Source: Eledone cirrhosa
Lineage: Eukaryota
Reading direction: 5' to 3'
DNA: 64,000 nucleotides
Assembly: GCA_964016885.1 (NCBI GenBank)
Contig: OZ024744.1
Span: 113,832,001-113,896,000, forward strand
Part shown: piece after piece, positions 54,851 to 64,000 of the stretch
Position numbering within the stretch: the stretch's first letter is position 1
Layout: each line of letters begins with the position of its first letter
Position numbers and translations under genes: made by a program
The notes under the pieces: model-generated
Seen by the model: the letters and a program-made list of their open reading frames with translations, nothing else
Databases searched by the model: none
What the model was told of the DNA's origin: nothing

Positions 54851-57800
54851 AATGAATGGTGTGTGTGTATATAATGTATGATGTACATATAATGAATGGT
54901 GCATGTGTATATAATGTATGATGTACATATAATGAATGGTGTGTGTATATAATGTATGATGTACATATAATGAATGGTGCATGTGTGTATAATGTATGAT
55001 GTACATATAATGAATGGTGTGTGTATATAATGTATGATGTACATATAATGAATGGTGTGTGTGTATATAATGTATGATGTACATATAATGAATGGTGCAT
55101 GTGTGTATATAATGTATGATGTACATATAATGAATGGTGTGTGTATATAATGTATGATGTACATATAATGAAAGGTGTGTGTATATAATGTATGATGTAC
55201 ATATAATGAATGGTGTGTGTATATAATGTATGATGTACATATAATGAATGGTGTGTGTATATAATGTATGATGTACATATAATGAATGGTGTGTGTGTAT
55301 ATAATGTATGATGTACATATAATGAATGGTGCATGTGTGTATATAATGTATGATGTACATATAATGAATGGTGTGTGTATATAATGTATGATGTACATAT
55401 AATGAAAGGTGTGTGTATATAATGTATGATGTACATATAATGAATGGTGTGTGTATATAATGTATGATGTACATATAATGAATGGTGTGTGTATATAATG
55501 TATGATGTACATATAATGAAAGGTGTGTGTATATAATGTATGATGTACATATAATGAATGGTGCGTGTGTATATAATGTATGATGCACATATAATGAATG
55601 GTGTGTGTGTATATAATGTATGATGTACATATAATGAATGGTGTGTGTATATAATGTATGATGTACATATAATGAAAGGTGCATGTGTGTATAATGTATG
55701 ATGTACATATAATGAAAGGTGCGTGTGTGTGTATATAATGTATGATGTACATATAATGAATGGTGTGTGTGTATATAATGTATGATGTACATATAATGAA
55801 TGGTGTGTGTATATAATGTATGATGTACATATAATGAAAGGTGCATGTGTGTATAATGTATGATGTACATATAATGAAAGGTGCGTGTGTGTGTATATAA
55901 TGTATGATGTACATATAATGAATGGTGTGTGTGTATATAATGTATGATGTACATATAATGAATGGTGTGTGTGTCTATAATGTATGATGTACATATAATG
56001 AATGGTGCGTGTGTGTATAATGTATGATGTACATATAATGAATGGTGCGTGTGTATATAATGTATGATGTACATATAATGAATGGTGCGTGTGTGTATAA
56101 TGTATGATGTACATATAATGAATGGTGCATGTGTATATAGTGTATGATGTACATATAATGAATGGTGTGTGTATATAATGTATGATGTACATATAATGAA
56201 TGGTGCATGTGTGTATAATGTATGATGTACATATAATGAATGGTGCGTGTGTGTATAATGTATGATGTACATATAATGAAAGGTGCGTGTGTGTGTATAT
56301 AATGTATGATGTACATATAATGAATGGTGCGTGTGTGTATAATGTATGATGTACATATAATGAATGGTGCGTGTGTATATAGTGTATGATGTACATATAA
56401 TGAATGGTGTGTGTATATAATGTATGATGTACATATAATGAATGGTGCATGTGTGTATAATGTATGATGTACATATAATGAATGGTGTGTGTGTATATAA
56501 TGTATGATGTACATATAATGAATGGTGCGTGTGTGTATAATGTATGATGTACATATAATGAATGGTGCGTGTGTGTATAATGTATGATGTACATATAATG
56601 AATGGTGTGTGTATATAATGTATGATGTACATATAATGAATGGTGCATGTGTGTATAATGTATGATGTACATATAATGAATGGTGTGTGTGTATATAATG
56701 TATGATGTACATATAATGAATGGTGTGTGTGTATATAATGTATGATGTACATATAATGAATGGTGCGTGTGTATATAATGTATGATGCACATATAATGAA
56801 TGGTGCGTGTGTGTATAATGTATGATGTACATATAATGAATGGTGTGTGTATATAATGTATGATGTACATATAATGAATGGTGCATGTGTGTATAATGTA
56901 TGATGTACATATAATGAATGGTGTGTGTGTATATAATGTATGATGTACATATAATGAATGGTGCGTGTGTGTATAATGTATGATGTACATATAATGAATG
57001 GTGCATGTGTGTATAATGTATGATGTACATATAATGAATGGTGCATGTGTGTATAATGTATGATATACATATAATGAATGGTGCGTGTGTGTATAATGTA
57101 TGATGTACATATAATGAATGGTGCGTGTGTGTATATAATGTATGATGTACATATAATGAATGGTGCGTGTGTGTATAATGTATGATGTACATATAATGAA
57201 AGGTGCGTGTGTGTATAATGTATGATATACATATAATGAATGGTGCGTGTGTGTATAATGTATGATGTACATATAATGAATGGTGCGTGTGTGTATATAA
57301 TGTATGATGTACATATAATGAATGGTGCGTGTGTGTATAATGTATGATGTACATATAATGAATGGTGCGTGTGTGTATATAATGTATGATGTACATATAA
57401 TGAATGGTGCGTGTGTGTATAATGTATGATGTACATATAATGAATGGTGCGTGTATATAATGTATGATGTACATATAATGAATGGTGCGTGTGTGTATAA
57501 TGTATGATGTACATATAATGAATGGTGCGTGTGTATATAATGTATGATGTACATATAATGAATGGTGCATGTGTATATAGTGTATGATGTACATATAATG
57601 AATGGTGCGTGTGTATATAATGTATGATGTACATATAATGAATGGTGCATGTGTGTATAATGTATGATGTACATATAATGAATGGTGCATGTGTGTATAA
57701 TGTATGATATACATATAATGAATGGTGCGTGTGTGTATAATGTATGATGTACATATAATGAATGGTGCGTGTGTGTATATAATGTATGATGTACATATAA

Positions 57801-60800
57801 TGAATGGTGCGTGTGTGTATAATGTATGATGTACATATAATGAATGGTGCGTGTGTGTATATAATGTATGATGTACATATAATGAATGGTGCGTGTGTGT
57901 ATAATGTATGATGTACATATAATGAATGGTGCGTGTGTATATAATGTATGATGTACATATAATGAATGGTGCATGTGTATATAGTGTATGATGTACATAT
58001 AATGAAAGGTGCGTGTGTGTGTATATAATGTATGATGTACATATAATGAATGGTGCGTGTGTATATAATGTATGATGTACATATAATGAATGGTGCATGT
58101 GTGTATAATGTATGATGTACATATAATGAATGGTGCATGTGTATATAGTGTATGATGTACATATAATGAATGGTGCATGTGTATATAATGTATGATGTAC
58201 ATATAATGAATGGTGCATGTGTGTATAATGTATGATGTACATATAATGAATGGTGCATGTGTATATAGTGTATGATGTACATATAATGAATGGTGCGTGT
58301 GTATATAGTGTATGATGTACATATAATGAATGGTGCGTGTGTGTATATAATGTATGATGTACATATAATGAATGGTGCATGTGTATATAGTGTATGATGT
58401 ACATATAATGAATGGTGCGTGTGTGTATATAATGTATGATGTACATATAATGAATGGTGCATGTGTGTATAATGTATGATGTACATATAATGAATGGTGC
58501 GTGTGTCTATAATGTATGATGTACATATAATGAATGGTGTGTGTGTATATAGTGTATGATGTACATATAATGAATGGTGCGTGTGTGTGTGTATAATGTA
58601 TGATGTACATATAATGAATGGTGCGTGTGTATATAATGTATGATGTACATATAATGAATGGTGCGTGTGTGTGTGTATAATGTATGATGTACATATAATG
58701 AATGGTGCGTGTGTGTATAATGTATGATGTACATATAATGAATGGTGCGTGTGTGTATAATGTATGATGTACATATAATGAATGGTGCGTGTGTGTATAA
58801 TGTATGATGTACATATAATGAATGGTGTGTGTGTATATAATGTATGATGTACATATAATGAATGGTGCGTGTGTGTATAATGTATGATGTACATATAATG
58901 AATGGTGCGTGTGTGTATAATGTATGATGTACATATAATGAATGGTGCGTGTGTGTATAATGTATGATGTACATATAATGAAAGGTGCGTGTGTGTGTAT
59001 ATAATGTATGATGTACATATAATGAATGGTGCGTGTGTGTATAATGTATGATGTACATATAATGAAAGGTGCGTGTGTGTGTATATAATGTATGATGTAC
59101 ATATAATGAATGGTGCGTGTGTGTATAATGTATGATGTACATATAATGAATGGTGTGTGTGTATATAATGTATGATGTACATATAATGAATGGTGCGTGT
59201 ATATAATGTATGATGTACATATAATGAATGGTGCGTGTGTGTATAATGTATGATGTACATATAATGAATGGTGCGTGTGTGTATAATGTATGATGTACAT
59301 ATAATGAAAGGTGCGTGTGTGTGTATATAATGTATGATGTACATATAATGAATGGTGCGTGTGTGTATAATGTATGATGTACATATAATGAAAGGTGCGT
59401 GTGTGTGTATATAATGTATGATGTACATATAATGAATGGTGCGTGTGTGTATAATGTATGATGTACATATAATGAATGGTGTGTGTGTATATAATGTATG
59501 ATGTACATATAATGAATGGTGCGTGTATATAATGTATGATGTACATATAATGAATGGTGCGTGTGTGTATAATGTATGATGTACATATAATGAATGGTGC
59601 GTGTGTATATAATGTATGATGTACATATAATGAATGGTGCATGTGTATAATGTATGATGTACATATAATGAAAGGTGCGTGTGTGTGTGTATAATGTATG
59701 ATGTACATATAATGAAAGGTGCATGTGTGTATAATGTATGATGTACATATAATGAATGGTGCATGTGTGTATAATGTATGATGTACATATAATGAATGGT
59801 GCGTGTGTGTATAATGTATGATGTACATATAATGAATGGTGCGTGTGTGTATAATGTATGATGTACATATAATGAAAGGTGCGTGTGTGCGTATATAATG
59901 TATGATGTACATATAATGAATGGTGCGTGTGTGTATAATGTATGATGTACATATAATGAAAGGTGCGTGTGTGTGTATATAATGTATGATGTACATATAA
60001 TGAATGGTGCGTGTGTGTATAATGTATGATGTACATATAATGAATGGTGTGTGTGTATATAATGTATGATGTACATATAATGAATGGTGCGTGTATATAA
60101 TGTATGATGTACATATAATGAATGGTGCGTGTGTGTATAATGTATGATGTACATATAATGAATGGTGCGTGTGTGTATAATGTATGATGTACATATAATG
60201 AAAGGTGCTTGTGTGTGTATATAATGTATGATGTACATATAATGAATGGTGCGTGTGTGTATAATGTATGATGTACATATAATGAAAGGTGCGTGTGTGT
60301 GTATATAATGTATGATGTACATATAATGAATGGTGCGTGTATATAATGTATGATGTACATATAATGAATGGTGCGTGTGTGTATAATGTATGATGTACAT
60401 ATAATGAAAGGTGCTTGTGTGTGTATATAATGTATGATGTACATATAATGAATGGTGCGTGTGTGTATAATGTATGATGTACATATAATGAAAGGTGCGT
60501 GTGTGTGTATATAATGTATGATGTACATATAATGAATGGTGCGTGTGTGTATAATGTATGATGTACATATAATGAATGGTGTGTGTGTATATAATGTATG
60601 ATGTACATATAATGAATGGTGCGTGTATATAATGTATGATGTACATATAATGAATGGTGCGTGTGTGTATAATGTATGATGTACATATAATGAATGGTGC
60701 ATGTGTATAATGTATGATGTACATATAATGAAAGGTGCGTGTGTGTGTGTATAATGTATGATGTACATATAATGAAAGGTGCATGTGTGTATAATGTATG

Positions 60801-61040
60801 ATGTACATATAATGAATGGTGCATGTGTGTATAATGTATGATGTACATATAATGAATGGTGCATGTGTGTATAATGTATGATATACATATAATGAATGGT
60901 GCGTGTGTGTATAATGTATGATGTACATATAATGAATGGTGTGTGTGTATATAATGTATGATGTACATATAATGAATGGTGCGTGTGTGTATAATGTATG
61001 ATGTACATATAATGAATGGTGCGTGTGTGTGTATATAATG
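54849..61040. repeat. About 40-bp minisatellite with a variable internal (GT)n (units 38-44 bp; about 155 copies; ATAATGAATGGTGCGTGTGTGTATAATGTATGATGTACAT)
   Basis: Direct periodicity. Confidence 0.98.
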
Positions 61041-61317
61041 CAATGCATGATATGTGTGTGTATAATAGATAGTGTGTGTATATAATGTATGATGAGTGTA
61101 TATAATTTATGATGTGTGAGTATAATGAGTGATGTGTTTGTGTAATGTATGTGTATATAATGTGGAATGCGTGTATAATGTGATATGTATGTATAAAGCG
61201 AGATGCACGTATGTGTAATGTGTGTATAATCAGTGATGTATGTATGTGTGACATGTATGTATAAAGTATGATGTATATATGTGATTTGTGCTGAGTAAAT
61301 AGTACAACAATAACAAT

Positions 61318-61518
61318 AATAATAATAATTGTTTCTACGTTAGGCACAAGGCCAGCAATTATCCAGTGTATTACTGGTACTTTATTTTATCGACCCCGTA
61401 AGGATGAAAAGCAAAGTTAACCTCGGTGGGATTTGAACTCAGAATGGCAAGGGCCGTAACTCTATGTGTCAAAGCATGGCATCCGACCCTCTACCAATAC
61501 TGCCAATCCACCGCCCTT
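61318..61518 (-). mobile_element. tRNA-derived SINE with a Meta-domain-like centre, set in (TAA)n
   Basis: Minus strand reads GGCGGTGGATTGGCAG...GAGTTCAAATCCC...TTTTCATCCTTACGGGGTCGATAAAAT...GTACCAG...GGCCTTGTGCCTAACGTAGAAACAATTATTATT. Confidence 0.7.
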
Positions 61519-61657
61519 AATAATAATAATAATAATAATGATTTCTTTATTGGCCACAAGGGCCTACATATAGGGGACAATACAAATGGATGGGGACAGT
61601 GGGGAATAATAATGATACTCATCATTTAACTTCCATTTTCCACGAATAATAATAATA

Positions 61658-64000
61658 AGTGATGCATCAGCTAAAGAAGAAGCTAAACCTAGCTAACAAA
61701 GCACTAGAGGTAATCAGAGGTGAACACAGAAAACCACTGATACTTGATCAGATTAATCAGCTTGGCTATATGCCACTGCAACCGTGATTCCTGGCAAGCT
61801 GCACCCCAAAATACAAACAGGAAAATAAACACAATGGAATACCAAAATGGCAGACACAGCTGGAGAACAAAATTACAGAGTTGAGGAGAGATGTCGCTCT
61901 CTCATATCCGAAATAGATAAGGGAACTGACATCAACTCCAAAAAGCTTTCTAGGCTGAGAAAGAAATACAAGACCAACTGGACAGCAGACTGGAAAGAAA
62001 TTGCTGAATCAATCAAGCAAAAGATTCAGGTAAAAGATGCAGAGACTAAGATGTAAAAAAAAGAGCAAACTTCTTTAAACAAAACAAAATCTTTGCCGAA
62101 GATGCCAAAAGATTTTACAGGGGGTTAGGTGAGAAAAATATTGAAATAAGGTAACCACAACTTCAATGCCACATGGCTGGAACAATTGGAAATCCCTGCT
62201 TGCACCCAGGAATGAAATGAGATCACCTCACAAGAAATAAAAACAGCAGTCAGCAATGTTGGAAACTGGGAATCACTGGGCAGAGATGGTGTGCAGAATT
62301 TCTGGCTGAAACATCTGGATATGCTCCATAAAGCCTTGGCTGCTGAATTCTCCAGGATTGTAGCAAACCCAAGAGAGGTCCCAAAGTGGATGACAACTGG
62401 CATAACGTATCTTCTACGAAAGAATGAATGCACAGAATATCCCAAAACTACAGACCAATTACATGTCTCCCAACGATGTACAAAGTCCTCACATCAGTGA
62501 TTACCAACAGGGTCTACAATTACCTCGTCTGTGGAGATCTATTGCCACCTGGACAAAAAGGCTATAAACGAGGGAGTTATAGGTGCCAAGATCAGCTGCT
62601 GATAAATAGACTCAACAGAAAACTACAAACAGAAAAATAAAAACCTGTCAATGGCCTGGATAGACAACAAGAAGGCATTCGACAGCATACCTCATTCATG
62701 GACCATAAAGACACTAGAAATGTATCACATAGCACCCGAGATCACAACTGTTCTGAAGGCAATGATGACAGACTGGAAAACTATGATGGTCCTTCAACAC
62801 CACAACGGACCACTGGAATCTAGATAGATCAAGATTAATTGTGGAATATTCCAAGGTGACTCATTGTCCCCTTTGCTGTTCTGTATATCACTTGCTTTGT
62901 TAAATCAGTTATTGCGGATGACAGGCTATGGATATAAAATAGACAACAGACACTACAGTCACCTTCTTTATATGGATGATATCAAGCTATTTGGAAACAA
63001 TGATGGGTAGCTGGAAGGTTTACTGCAGACAGTGAAACAATTCAGTGATGACATCCATATGGAATTTAGACTGGACAAGTGTGCAAAGGCCACATTCAAG
63101 AGGGGGTTGCTCCCTAACCATAAAGATATTGTCATAGACCAACAAACTACCATAAAGGAACTTAACAATGAAGAGTTCAACAAATATCTTGGAGTTAATG
63201 AAGGAGATGGAATCCAGCAAGTAAGTTTGAAGGAAAAGATATGGAAGGAGTACATAAGGGGAGTGAAACTGGTAACAAAAGGTGAGCTAAACTCCTGAAA
63301 CAAGTTCAAAGCCATTAACAGTTTCACAGTACCAGTTATAACATACAGCTTTAACATCATAAACTGGAACCTGCAAGAACTATAAAGGTTGGACACTAAG
63401 ACAAGGAAACTATTGACAACGGAAAAAATACATCACCATAAAGCTGATGTACATAGGCTATATATCTCTTGGCGAGAAGGTGGTAGGGGGCTCCGACAAC
63501 TGGAAGCTGCATAAAGTGAAGGTGGAAGGGGGCTTTGACTACTGGGAGCTGCATACAAAACAGAAACCATTGGATTGGATAGCTACCTCCACCACACCTG
63601 AGATGAACTCCTGGTGCCTGTACTCAAGCATGAACGAATTAAGAAACTACACCCAATATCAAAAGAAGCAAGAAAATGTAGGCAAAAACTGAACATGGAG
63701 CAAGACATACCCATAGAAAATCAACAACAGAGTGCTGCACAACTAGTTATGACTGTGAAGATCAAAGCAAAGAAACTCCAAACAAAGGAACTAAACCATG
63801 AATGGAAGGCAAAACCACTACATGGTAGATTCCCAGAACAACTTTCTGATAATGATATCGATCAGCATGGCTCACTATGCTGGCTCAGAAGTGCTGGTTT
63901 GAAAGCAGAGACTGAAGGACCCTTAGTTGCTGCACAAGACCAATCTTTAAACACTCGGGCCTATAGACACAGAATAGTGAAAGATGGTACTAGCCCTCTA
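61658..64000 (+). mobile_element. Decayed R4/Dong-clade non-LTR retrotransposon; runs off the right edge
   Basis: QNFWLKH, PKWMTTGITYLL, NYRPITCLPTMYK, KKAFDSIPHSW, GIFQGDSLSPLLFC, SHLLYMDDIKLF, ETEG..VAAQDQSLNTR; preceded by (TAA)n. Confidence 0.85.

Noticed and set aside
54719-61347. Giant minus-strand ORFs (2109, 2068, 946 and 823 aa, His/Tyr/Ile/Thr-rich)
   Set aside because: The repeat unit simply lacks TTA, CTA and TCA on the plus strand. All three frames are open and interconvert through 2-nt indels, so there is no selection on frame.

Overview
Eukaryotic, repeat-dense genomic DNA, probably from an octopod cephalopod (inferred from its RTE LINE, CORE-SINE and Dong repertoire). The only host gene visible is an oxysterol-binding protein (OSBP/ORP4-type) gene on the minus strand. 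Two coding exons are present: the PH-domain exon at 49186-49391 and the next, coiled-coil exon at 7947-8188, joined in phase across a 40,997-bp intron. The rest is intronic. It holds four large tandem arrays (compound 19-mer, 53-mer, 59-mer of about 21 kb, and about 40-mer), about nine decayed RTE LINE pieces, several tRNA-derived SINE types, nested Helitrons, a probable solo LTR, and Tx1, Chapaev3-like, Penelope-like and R4/Dong relics. The most notable observations are: (1) the 59-bp satellite appears to have arisen from a decayed LINE ORF2 motif whose parent sequence still flanks the array; (2) the 53-bp array may come from a SINE; (3) a candidate type I hammerhead ribozyme at 46785-46870; (4) a tail-less RTE fragment captured in register inside the satellite; (5) a nested Helitron stack with STPR-like repeats; (6) inverted SINEs bracketing the PH exon; (7) a perfect 34-bp hairpin. 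The very long ORFs in the supplied track are satellite artefacts. I see no new protein-coding system. Element family names come from motif recognition by eye, not from database searches, and element boundaries are approximate.
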